DNA from: Mytilus californianus | Taxonomy: Eukaryota | Length of the DNA stretch: 64,000 bases | Direction of reading: 5' to 3' | NCBI RefSeq assembly: GCF_021869535.1 | Contig: NW_026262668.1 | Location: 104,656,001 to 104,720,000, forward strand | Program-made: the position numbers and the translations under genes | In this document: positions 27,601 to 38,918 of the stretch, in pieces | Layout of the letters: the number at the start of each line of letters is the position of its first letter | How positions within the stretch are numbered: the stretch's first letter is position 1 | Notes under the pieces: model-generated | Told to the model about the DNA's origin: nothing | Databases searched by the model: none | Seen by the model: the letters and a program-made list of their open reading frames with translations, nothing else

Positions 27601-30600
27601 TCACCAGGTTAAATGGAATATAATACACAGGAATACATCAATACTTCGTGCTCAGTTACACGATAAAAATACATTTGCGAATGTAACTTGGTTTCAATGT
27701 GAACTGGAAAAAGAAATTATATCTTTTAAATTGAAATGCAAGTATGTATACTGTATGAAAGATAAGGATGTAAGCCTTTGAAATTTAATGAAAAAAATTT
27801 GTACTAAAAGAGGTAGACTAATATGAATATTCTTAGTTTGAAAATGATTGGAACCGTATGCCAGTGACTTTTTGTAAAGTAAGTTTTAGTCGCTGAAATA
27901 CCATTATCATTTTTGCCTCTGTCATAGAGGTGTTTGTTGAGTCCCCAAAGTAACAATCTCCAAAGTGGGTTTGTGGAGAAACAGAAATAACTGAACACTA
28001 TTTATTAAAATGCAAAATATTTAATGTACCTAATCAAAGACACATAGATGACCTCTGAATTTCAATCAGACTAAAAGTAGATCAAAATAAATATATATTC
28101 AAAGCCGTGGAAAAATTTATCAAGAGTTGCAATCGATATACATCCACAATCTTATAATTTTATTCACTCCTCCCGTATAAAGAAATAATGTCCCTTTCGG
28201 TAATAACACTGTCATTTTTCAAAACACCCGTATCCCCCGCCCTTTGCTATTTTTATGTATAACTAATAATGAACTTTCTTTAAATTACTGTATTCATTAA
28301 CTTTATTTTGTTACATTGTGGCATATTCGTTTGCCATTCAGCATGTAAACATAGTTTTGTAATTTTATTTTTGAATTTAGGGAGACAGATTTGTATAAGA
28401 GCACTAATCTTGTTTCCTAATCCCTATTATTGAATTATTGAATTACTTGTATATTTCGTATTTATTTACTCCAGTAGCCATACATAACGAATTCTTTAAT
28501 AAAATATTTTTACACATTTCATGCTTAATGTGACTATGTATATAGTGGACAAGATACTAAAATATGTCATTTAGCTTTCAAATTACCATAGAATTATCTG
28601 TTACAGGAACTAAATAAAGTGTTATAAGGAATAACTTCAATTACAAGACCTTTATCTCAAATCTATATATGCAAATCGTTATAAAAGTTAGATTTTATAT
28701 AAGAATATGAAAAATACAGGTCTTCGATAATTTGAAAATCAGTGCCGATCAACTATTTCTACTGGAGTCATGGAAGTGTGAATGCCGCCATCGTCATGTA
28801 ATTTGTAAAGAAAATTGCATTGCTATTTCTCTCACATCTAAACTTCTCATTGGATTGGACGAGTTAAAAAAATCAGCTCTGATCATCTTTAGCCGTGGCC
28901 ATTAATGTTAATTTTCTACCAACATAAAATGTGTACTGAAGTTACGCGGGATCAACATTTCAGTATAGGTCTATAATCTGTTCTCTACGCCATTCTTAAA
29001 TTTGTAACCAGGAAATATATCGCTTATTCTTTAGAATACTAATACTAAAATACTAAGAATACTTTAATTTCAAGATCCATGATGAACAATGTTTTCAGGT
29101 ACTAGGAGAAAAGGGGATGCTTTGTATAGAGAATCCATCTACTACACATCTTCAGTTGTGGAACCAAGATGGACGTCTATTAGATACAATAGAACAGCAT
29201 GGCCTACCTAGATACTATGAGGCTTACAGAATGGAAAAACAGCACTTCATCGATGTTATTAATGGTAAAACTCAATTGAATATTTATATGTTGTGCTGTA
29301 CAACCTTTACTTTACTAAGTTGTTTGCTTCACAAATGAAATTATTGTAATTGTATACTAACTCAGGATTATAATTTAGTTTTTTCTATATAAAATGTATT
29401 GTTACATTTCATATACATAAAATGGCAATCAAAGTCTCCAACCAGGTAACTAGGAAATGGTAAATTTAAGGTATTTTAGGAACGATTGTTAAAAAAAATG
29501 ATAAGAATACCTCTTTTTTTTTTTTTTTTTTTTTAACTTCTAAAATCAAGTTTATTGCACTATATACTGTAATAAAAATACCATGTCTACAGCATTTGAC
29601 AGGGTATCCCTGTAATGTTAATCTTGCTGAACAAATAATAATACCTCTCTTTCTGCATAAAAAAAACCGATAAGTTTACACACTTTCAACAAATTGTGAT
29701 AAGAATACCTCTCTTTCTGCATAAAAAGGCGGTATGAATATGCATTTTCAACAAAATGTGATAACAATAACAAACAAACTATAAACATCAGTCGAAATTG
29801 GCTTAGCTTATCAGATTGATACACAGCACAAAAAAAAAATGACGAAAACATTTAATTTATAACATACTGACCACGGGACACAACAGAAATGCTCAAAATC
29901 CATATAAAGGAACATATTGGGTGATTAATTTATCGGTGGTTATATCAGAATTTCAAAACTTGATTACTAATTAATAATTCATGTTTACTGACATATCAGT
30001 TTTGCATCAACATCAGTCTCAATAGTTAACTAAATTTGTAGTTTTTTAAAGTCTTATTTAATTTTAAAATCTTCGAAAATATAACTTTATATGTTGACAA
30101 TGAATTGTCCTTTTAGAAATGATAGCAGATAGTTTTATGCTGTCAAAGGGATTACATATTTTACAAAGACGAAACCAAAGAGTAAAGTTAGTCGTTTTCC
30201 TCGTTTGTTGTTTATACAGATGCTTTCATCCACCAAGTGGTCGGCTTCAGCACTGACATGATCACCGTTTGTTTTTTTTAAGGACAGATGGTTTAAACCG
30301 TCAAATAGTCGGCTCAGCACTGACACGATCTCAATTAATCGCTAGGACAGATGGCTTCATCTGTCAAGTGGTCGGCATTAGCACTGACGATCTTCATTTT
30401 TTGCTAGAACAGATCTTAGGTTTCACCAATCTCCGTTTGCTGTTTCTACAGTAGTAATGACACGATTTCCGTTTGTTGTTGGGACAAATGGTTTCACCCA
30501 TCAACCGCTTGGTTTCAGCACAGACAAGATCAGCTTTGGTTAAGATCAAAGGTTTCAGGCTTCTCATGAAAAAAACTATACCTCTTTTCTACTCCCAGTG

Positions 30601-30965
30601 TTTTGAAAAGTTGGTTTTCCAAAGACAATGCAGACTTTTAATGAATGTTCATTTAAAAAAGGTAATTCTTAAATCATATATTGCCATAATTATGATGGCT
30701 CAACTAACTATGGGAAATCGTGTATTAAAGTTCGACAAAACAAAATAAAAATTTTGCCTCAGATGTTTATCAAATGCAAAAATCATCGAAGACGAAAATA
30801 ATCATTATGTATGCTATACTTTTAAAGTTACAATAAAATGGCTGTGTGTACATTTCAGGTAAATTATCCTGTGAAATTTTACCTGACGAAGTAATTTTCA
30901 ACTCCAAGCTTACTCAATACTGTACCAAGTCACTGAGGACAGGAACGATCGTAAACATTCCTTAA
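15412..30965 (+). CDS. iolG: Myo-inositol 2-dehydrogenase-like oxidoreductase (Gfo/Idh/MocA family), complete 7-exon gene, 343 aa
   Basis: join(15412-15623,20564-20646,24354-24462,26403-26533,27127-27350,29099-29264,30859-30965) = 1032 nt. All introns are GT-AG and all phases match. Motifs: GxGxxG (IGIGRIG), CEKP, GFDKRFD, DSAIHELD, YGYDQRFEV. The symbol indicates the family, not proven orthology. Confidence 0.92.
15753..19554 (+). mobile_element. Near full-length, inactivated APE-RT non-LTR retrotransposon (RTE-X/L2-like) in intron 1
   Basis: APE motifs WNV, CETH, GDLNA (16219-16233), SVVDY. RT motifs PENYRGI, QGDVLSP, YADD (18187-18198). C-terminal SAHPLRIETDRY..EDEIHFVIECP. Ends in an ATTCTT-type tail. 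Multiple stops, frameshifts and deletions. The clade assignment is tentative. Confidence 0.9.
17463..17766. mobile_element. Hairpin-type non-autonomous element inserted in the LINE RT
   Basis: 10-bp inverted repeat TTATCTTACC (17463)/GGTAAGATAA (17607) followed by a ~140-bp palindrome 17621-17760. It interrupts the RT between LDNRL and FLEENDII. Confidence 0.85.
20232..20494. repeat. 22-bp tandem array with self-complementary units (probable MITE end)
   Basis: Unit GAGTTAGCTAAGTCGTTATAAC, about 10 copies. Ends in the palindrome TAAGTCGTTATAACGACTTA. Confidence 0.85.
20564..20646 (+). CDS. Inositol dehydrogenase-like gene, exon 2
   Basis: TTTTCTAG acceptor; LDAVLICSP..FALQAG; GT donor at 20647, phase 1. 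Confidence 0.9.
21146..21410. mobile_element. Hairpin-type non-autonomous element
   Basis: Imperfect palindrome 21146-21255 (GGGTATCATCCC/GGGATGATACCC), then a 10-bp inverted repeat TTGTCATATA (21265)/TATATGACAA (21394). Confidence 0.7.
22838..23545 (-). mobile_element. Penelope-like (Naiad-type) RT fragment, same family as 12030-14110
   Basis: Minus strand GIPM..PLLADLFLYSYE..FTFRYKDD (23374-23388)..NFPFLCSNIPAAPAYGVYISQLIRY (ORF 22970-23212). Confidence 0.88.
24354..24462 (+). CDS. Inositol dehydrogenase-like gene, exon 3 (CEKP motif)
   Basis: GKHVFCEKPIDL..LQCGFD; AG/GT boundaries; phase 1 in, phase 2 out. Confidence 0.93.
26403..26533 (+). CDS. Inositol dehydrogenase-like gene, exon 4
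   Basis: RFDISIRKMYDKIKAGDLGELRLIK..YLKSSG; GTAAGT donor. Confidence 0.92.
27127..27350 (+). CDS. Inositol dehydrogenase-like gene, exon 5 (catalytic D-x3-H and YGY motifs)
   Basis: GGIVVDSAIHELDLICW..YGYDQRFE; GTAAGA donor, phase 0. Confidence 0.93.
29099..29264 (+). CDS. Inositol dehydrogenase-like gene, exon 6
   Basis: VLGEKGML..RYYEAYRMEKQHFIDVING; TTTTCAG acceptor, GTAAAA donor. Confidence 0.9.
30190..30535. repeat. Degenerate ~65-bp tandem repeat in intron 6
   Basis: GCACTGAC recurs at 30250, 30317, 30381 and (variant) 30518, with GGACAGATGG blocks. Confidence 0.6.
30859..30965 (+). CDS. Inositol dehydrogenase-like gene, exon 7 (terminal)
   Basis: GKLSCEILPDEV..SLRTGTIVNIP, then TAA at 30963-30965. 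Confidence 0.88.
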
Positions 30966-31545
30966 ATATTTAAGTAATAACTGTTTTCCATTATGTGAAC
31001 ATAAAACTTATGAAACATCCGTACTTGCTACTGTCTTTTTGCAATGATAATGTCCCTTTCAGATAAACTAACCTTAAGGGTCAACCAGTCATGTGCACTT
31101 TTCTCATCAGTATGTATGCGTCGTCCATTGTTCGTCATTAAAAAGTCTTCTCTTACGAATCACACGACACAAACTTACCCTGAATAGATATTAGTATGAT
31201 TTTTGTTCCCGTTAGCGAACTATTCCTGATTGTCGTGACTGTGGGAATAATGGAATTTTGTTCAATACGTTCCGTATTCAATTTAATTTACGGAGAGGCA
31301 CTTGCGTGATTTTTTTGTATAGTTGCCACCTTCAAAACACATGACTTGATATCCCCCCCCCCCCCAAAAAAAAAAAAGAAATAAAATTGCAGGAACATGT
31401 AGTTATCGCTTTGTCCGTCCGTCCGTCTGTCTTTCTCAACAGTCTGTCTGTCCTTCCGTCCGTCAATCTGTGTGTCCGAAAGAAATGTGGGTTTCTGGAT
31501 TGTAATTTGAATTCCCCTTGAATAGTTGGAATGAGACTAATACAG

Positions 31546-32292
31546 ACAAGAATGCACACGCTGAAATTTCGCCGGTCAGACAAATCTTGTAAGACAGACA
31601 TGTACACCTTATATTTATTCAATACACCAAATACAGTTGACCTATTGCTTATGGTAATTGAAAAAAAAGACCAAAACACAAGAACTTAACATTGACAAAT
31701 GAACCATGAAAATGAGGTCAAGGTCAGGTGAAACCTGCCAGACAGACATGTTCCCCTTACAATCATTCATACACCACATATAGATGACCTTTTGCTTATA
31801 GTACTTGAAAAACAGACCAAAACACAAAAAGTTAACATTGACCTATGAAACATGAAAATGAGGTCAAAGTCAGACAAAACCTGCAAGTCTGACATGTACC
31901 CCTTACAATCATTCCATACACCACATAAAGTCGACCTACTGTTTAGATTATCCGAGAAACGGACATAATTTACGTAACTTTAACCTTGATCACTGATCCA
32001 TGAAATGAGGTCGGGGTCAAGTGAACCCTGTCTGACAGACATAAAGACAATGCAAGGAACCAATATACTAAATATAGTTATCTTATTACTCATAATAAAT
32101 GAGAAATCCACACGATGTGAACCATGAAAATAAGGTCACGGACAATGTACATATGGAAGACTGAAACTTCGTAACAGTAGGTATCTGCATACAAGGTATG
32201 AAGCATCCAGGTGTTCGACCTTCTGAAATATAAAGCTTTATACAAATAGTTTACCGGATAGTAATCCCTAAGTCTGGCAGGCGAGACAATAA
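31546..32292 (+). mobile_element. Helentron/HINE-like non-autonomous element with internal ~147-bp tandem units
   Basis: TGAAA(A)TGAGGTC recurs at 31707, 31853 and 32001. Starts ACAAGAATG and ends GCAGGCGAGACAA. Class assignment from architecture only. Confidence 0.6.
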
Positions 32293-33280
32293 AATTACAA
32301 CTCCAATTAAAGATATAACTTCTTTAACTGTTAATGATTTTTAGGATTTAATTGCTTGTATATTTTGAGGGTCAGGTTTTATTGCATCTCAATAATAACA
32401 ATTTCCACAGAAGTCATTTCTTTTTTTTAAAAAGATACATTTTTTCCAATTTTATTTGATGTGACGTTTCCTAACATGTAAAAACTTTTTTGAATATGAT
32501 TTATATGGTCTTCAGGTGTTTTCAGAATATCTTTAAATATCGTCTAAATAAACGACCAAATATTCAGAATATATCAAAATATTGATCATTTCAGATAAAA
32601 TATTTGGGGCAATACAAACACCGAAAAGCAAGAACTAAAATTCGAATTAACCGCCGTGGCTCGCAAATGCCATCTTCTCTTCTTTCTCGTACAGTGAAAT
32701 TTGCCAAAACCCGTCTTTAAGTCTTCATAACTATAATAACGAGCTTTTCCTAAATTTGTTTATATATCATCTATACATGGTAAAGGATATCAGTTTTGTT
32801 AAGTTTTTTTATTCAATTTTCTAAAGTCAACATAAAAACTTTTGGAACCAATTACAACTGGAAACTCCATGGTGATTGTGATTTCATTATGATGTTGGCA
32901 AATAACATTTCATCAACTGTTTTGTCAAATACTTCTCGTTTATGCATTGGTGTCCTATAAGGTTTTAGTTTAATAGGATGATGATTCCCACAATTGATTT
33001 TCACTTTTAATATCTCTGTATGGTTAAATTCAGAATCATTAAGAGCAAATACATCTAAATTATGTTTAATTCAGTCCATAATATTATATTTGGGTTCAGA
33101 TGGCACACTGGAAAGATTTAAGTCCTTTAAAGCCTCTTTTTCAGATTCATTTTCCAATTGTTTTGGTTCTCTTGTAAATTAACTGAGTTTAACTTTCCTA
33201 CAAAGCATCCTTTTTTAAGAGAAATTGCCTTAGCTATATTATTGATAATTTTAAAAGACTGGATATCTTTTTTAAAGTTC
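32293..33280 (-). mobile_element. Ty3/Gypsy LTR-retrotransposon pol (RT) remnant
   Basis: Minus strand: PIKLKPYRTP..SQSPWSF..VDFRKLN..YPLPCIDDI..MAFASH..FGVCIAP..VVYLDDI (32539-32550)..IKPDP. Many stops. Confidence 0.85.
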
Positions 33281-36200
33281 ATTTTGACTATCGAATTCAA
33301 AATAACCTGACCTGTTGGACATATAATACAAAAGATAAAATTGTGAAAATTGCAGTCTATAAATGGCTGCTGTGACCTTGCCCTTTAATCTATTGACCCC
33401 AAAGTCAATCGGGTTCTTTCTCACCTAATGGGGAATAATCAAATCAAGTTTGATGAAGATATTGCTTATAGCTCAAACGATTTTGTTAGGAAATTGAAGG
33501 GTTTGTCGCAGCTCATTCTTTAATACAGTATACGAGTACTATTGTTTTGTTATTACTTGCTTTTGTTATCTATCATACAGTTTTTTTTATAGTTAACTCT
33601 GCTAATTAAAGTTTTTGAACTTGCTTTCAATAATTTAAGAATCCTTTAATAAGGTATATAACTATTATTATTTTGTTTCTGGATGCTTTTGTTATCTATC
33701 ATACCCTTATTTTAGAGTAAAGTGATTTTCCTGTTCCCCAACTTTTATTGTATTCTCTTTTATATACATTTTGTGTGTCCCCATGTTGGCATTGAAAGGC
33801 AGAGGGTTGAGATATCAAGAAAATTAGTTAACTCCGCCGCATAGTCAAATACCTGTCCAAAGTCAGGAAACCTTGTTAGCAATTCTTTTATGTAATATCT
33901 TAATGTTTTTGTTTTTGCAGACTTGGTGTTGATGGCAAATTTTTAATACTTTCTAATATATTCACATCTATTTTAGAATAGAGACATTTTAGTGTGTAGT
34001 ATATTGAATTGACAACTGTCTATTGTTGAAGACTGTATGTTGACTTCTAAATACCTTTTGGCTATTTGTGTTGATAAGTTGATGTTTCATTTTCCATATA
34101 CCCAAAATCTATTAAATTATAAACTGTTACCCCATTCTTTACTTTTGTTTTGTTGCTGCATATATTTTACTCGTTTTTCTGTCTGTGAATGGGTATATGC
34201 CTCTAACACAAACTATGAAACTGAAGATGTGGGTAATGGGGTCTTCAGAAAAGGTTGTAAATGATAACACAATAAAGGTATTATAAGAAATATAACATTT
34301 ATTCAGATAACAATGAAATATCAACATCAATTAAAAATAAAAGGGTTCATTCACAGAGTAAAACATTAACTGTCTTTTAACCCAACTTGAAACTTTTTTT
34401 TAAATACGTATTCCCACTTCATATATGAATATTTTCAAAGTTTAAAATTCCATGCACTTCACCACTTCAAATGGAATGTTGCATTTAATTTTGGTTCATT
34501 TTTTAACATTATTAAAGTAAGATGTTTAAAAAAGTTTTAACATTAAAGCAAGATGTTAAAGTCAAAAAAAAAAAAAAAAAACTCTTTTCAAACCATTTCC
34601 ATTCTAAAAAAGAGAAATAGTCCATTTCTTTAAAGCTTATTAACTAAGAATACAAAAATGTATGGTAACGAAGTCAAGGTCAGTTAATATTGCAAAACAG
34701 TAGAACATTACAAATCCATAAAGACTTTGTATAATTGACTAGATTTTGTCTTAGACCTTGAACGATAATAACAAAAATGATTGTAATTGTCTACATGATT
34801 TAGTCATATTAAAAAATATCTTTAGACATAAAGCACTTGACTAGAATTAATTTAAGACTAGATCTATGACTGTACAACATATTGGAATTTTAATTGAGCT
34901 CTATTTTTATGATTTTATGATTCTGGTCTCTCATATGATTTTATTGAGCTATAGTGGTTATGTGGATGATGATTCAGAACTTTATTTTTAATGAAAAATT
35001 GAAAGACATCCCTTTAATTTTTTCTATAATTTTTTCCCCTTGCGCACTGAAAACAAGCAAACAGACCTATCTTTAATTTCCCAAAGTAATAATGTACAGT
35101 TATTTCTCTATTGACAAAAGAACTAATTAAAGAAAATATTGTTTTTTTCTGAATTTCTACAGTAAACATCATTCAGTTTGATTTTATAATTCACTCAGTC
35201 TGCAGTTTCAGAGGAAGATATTGCTGATTAGATACCATAAAAGATGACAGACAATAAAAGATATCAATAGCTCAAAATGTCCAAATTAACCAGGAGAGCT
35301 GAGAACAAATGTATGAATTTCAAATTAATGTAAATGACAAAGGAAAAATATTTAACATCAATTGAAATTGAGGAGTAAAGAAGAGGGACTCTAATGAAAA
35401 TTGTGTGAGACCTGACTGTAACCATGGTTAATCATGTTACTGGATTTCATATTTATACATTTCACTGTCTTAATGATGAAGAAGTATGAAATAATCAGTA
35501 ATTTTCAAACTTTTAATAAACATCCTGTCAAAATGAGGCTTTTAACTATGATATTCCATGGTAGGAGTGTTCATTGCACTGGGCACATTGAAGAATCCTT
35601 TCAATAAATAGAATTGTAAAGGTCACATGTTACAATGCAAACTTCCTAACCCTACCATGCATGTCCTCATTTTCTTCTTCTTGTCTAAACCATAATTAAT
35701 GTCTTTCCCCCATTCTAACCACTTTTCTAATTTGCCTAACTGATTTATTGTAACATAAGTTCTAGTTCTAAATATTAAGATCATAGTTGCCACATTATTG
35801 GACATTAGGAACAATCTATCAATCTATGTGTAAACAAGATTTACAGCTTGATTCTACTACATGACTATGACAATCTGTAAATTGTTCTTACTCAATCCAA
35901 TTTTACTGTATGTATTACAAATGAATAAAACACAAAGATGTGTCCAACAAAAATCTTGTCATAAATTAAACAATCAATAAATTATCTGAGCAATCACATT
36001 GATAACAATTTAAGGATGTTATGTAATTAATAATGATACTGATACAATATAATACACAAACATGACAGTAATCAAGAAAATTAACAATACTATCGCATAT
36101 ATTAAAACTTAAATTACATTTTTGTGATTGAAACAAAACAATATCATATTGTACTGTGTATTACAAATATTGATATAAATGAAATGAGATCAAGATAGAA

Positions 36201-38777
36201 AGGGAATGATATCAATGCATTGTTCTTACAATTCATACTGATAAAATAAAGCAAAATATATCACTGACCAATAAATAGTACTGTAATGAAAGCAATCACA
36301 ACCAATGTTTAATACTGCACCAATAGCTATGACCGACTAATGTATAATACCAAAACGAGAGCTAACAATGACCAAATGTACCATACCAAAAGTTATCAAA
36401 TTAACCTTCGTGAAGAAGGCTCAATGCAGAATATTTGAAAGCCAAGAATGTATAAGTTGAAGAGCCATATGACCAAAAGGGACCTAAAATTAATATCAAA
36501 ATCAATCTAATGTCAACTTTGCCTGAGAGAATTGAAACTTAAGTTTCTTAATAAATTAAATCTATCAATGGGATAAACCTCACCACAAGAAAACCAATGT
36601 CTTTATAAATGGGGTGCAGAACATTTTTGCAAATAATTCAAAACTGAGAGTGGAAATTTAAGGGCCAATACTATCGCCAATTTTAGAATCAAATTAATTC
36701 ATTTACCTGTTTTTGAAAAAGCCCATTTTAGTGAAAATTCAGATCTAACCATACTAAGACATGATATGCTGGCTTAATTTTAAAGGTGCTGGCATTTACA
36801 ATTTGGTTAAACACTGATATCAATGTTTTGAAACAAAACAAGGAAAGAAAAGTTATGGAATCTACAAAGTATTGAAAGGCCAGGAAATAGCATGGAGATG
36901 TTCTGTAAATATTATGAACTGAACAAAAAATATTCATGGACAAAATAGTTAGATTATTTAAGTAATTTTTTCATAGTATTGTTGTCTTTATTCCAGACTA
37001 GAATGGACTTGTAATAGTTGAGTTCAAATATGGAACTCAAATACGGTGCTAAAATGTCAAAAATTCCTTAAATTGTCCTCCACCATTATAAATGCTAGAT
37101 TTCAACCCATTACATATAAAAATCTAAGTAATATCACAAAAGTTTTGCAGTTATATTAAGAGGCAATAACATAATGACAAAAGATTTCACTAGTATGCTG
37201 AACTTATAACAATAATATGACAAAAGTGACTAGACTTTAACATAAATTAGCAAAAATGATGAGCCAAAATACAACTTTGACATGAAAATAATATATGAAC
37301 AATGTGGCAGGAAAATAAATCATATAATTGCACATACATAATACTTAATTAGAACCATACAATATATCAAGAGAATAAAAATGTGATATGTATAACCATA
37401 AATATCAATTTACAGCTGGGACCAATATATATATGTATTAGTGCCAGGTTACAGCTATTCCTACCAGTAACATTACATAAATTTCCGTCATCTCCAATGT
37501 TGTGGGTAACTTATATAAATAAGAAGATGTGGTATGAGTGCCAATGAGACAACTCTCCATCCAAGTCACAATGTATAAAAATTAACAAATACAGGTCAAA
37601 GAACGGCCTTTGACTTATGTTTATTTAGTTTTTCTGCAGTCATTTCAGATTATTGATGTTCATGTTCATTCTGCTACTGATTTACCAGAGAAATTCAGTA
37701 CATATTAAAATTTTTGTAAAAAGACCAAACATGGCTCAACTATAAGCGTCTTCACAATACCAATTATAAACTCTGCCATATAATATTCAAACCCCCATTT
37801 GTTGTCCAAAAAGGTTATGGAGCAACAGCTATTTTAAAATGAAATTTAATGAAACAAATAATGACACATTTACTAGAAATCATTCATATTTTTAACAAAT
37901 TAAGCCCTATAACTCTGGAATGACAATTTAAAATATCATTGAAATCATCAGTGAGAAATTTGATTTTATAAGATGTGCTCCAAATGTATTCAATTAAGTC
38001 CCATAATTCTCTAGTGAGGAATAAATCAAATTGTCAAATTCAAAAGTAGCTTGACTTATGACCAAAATATGCAAATATTTCATAAATTTATCACAAACTT
38101 GTTAAATGTCATGAGACATGTTTTTTCTTATCAAATTTCCTATAATGTAAGTCCCATAACTATGGAATGACAAATCTGAAAATCTTACAATTCTAACAAT
38201 CAAATGAGAGCTTGTCTTTATAGAACCAAACATTGTGTAAAACTAAGCTAAAAATAAAGATCCTTACGTTTAGCCTGACATATCACCAGTCATTGTAGAA
38301 TTGACACAAAAACTATACCATCATATGTCCTTTTTTCACGGTGAAAAGTTAAAGTTAGTGCACAGGAACAACTGTGTTGCACCCTCACCTGGTTAAAAAT
38401 TACATTACTTTGGTAAAAAATAATATCACAAAAGTAAATTCTTTTCAAATCTTTTAGAATCCTCTTCAAATAAAAATAACAGCTTTCTTTAAAAACAGTT
38501 AAAAGGGTTTTTAGTAGTTGTCTTGCATATTGTTTGTAATTTTTGCTTTAAATCCTTAAATGAAACAAAATTTAAAGACTACAATGCATTACAGGTAAAC
38601 TTTTAAAAATCTGCTGTACAATTAGTGGCAGTATAGAGCCAGGGTCTAACATTCACAAGTTAACTATCCAAACTTGAATATAGAAGATTATGCAATTGTA
38701 CAAAGAAACTGTTTTCATGACACTTTTATATCTTCATACAGTTTTGCACATCACTGATGATAAATATGTGGAATGCT

Positions 38778-38918
38778 TCAAGCTTTACTGTAAGCTACTG
38801 GTGGCCTGTCTGTAAGGTAATAGGTTGTCATTTCACCTTTTCCTTTGACCCTCACAATTCCTCGACACTCAAGAACATACCCTTTCTTATGTAAAATGTT
38901 GTATATTTCCTGGGTGAC
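38778..38918 (-). CDS. Adenylyl cyclase terminal exon
   Basis: [38 protein letters not shown], then TGA. Confidence 0.92.
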   Translation of the reverse strand, partial: VTQEIYNILHKKGYVLECRGIVRVKGKGEMTTYYLTDRPPVAYSKA

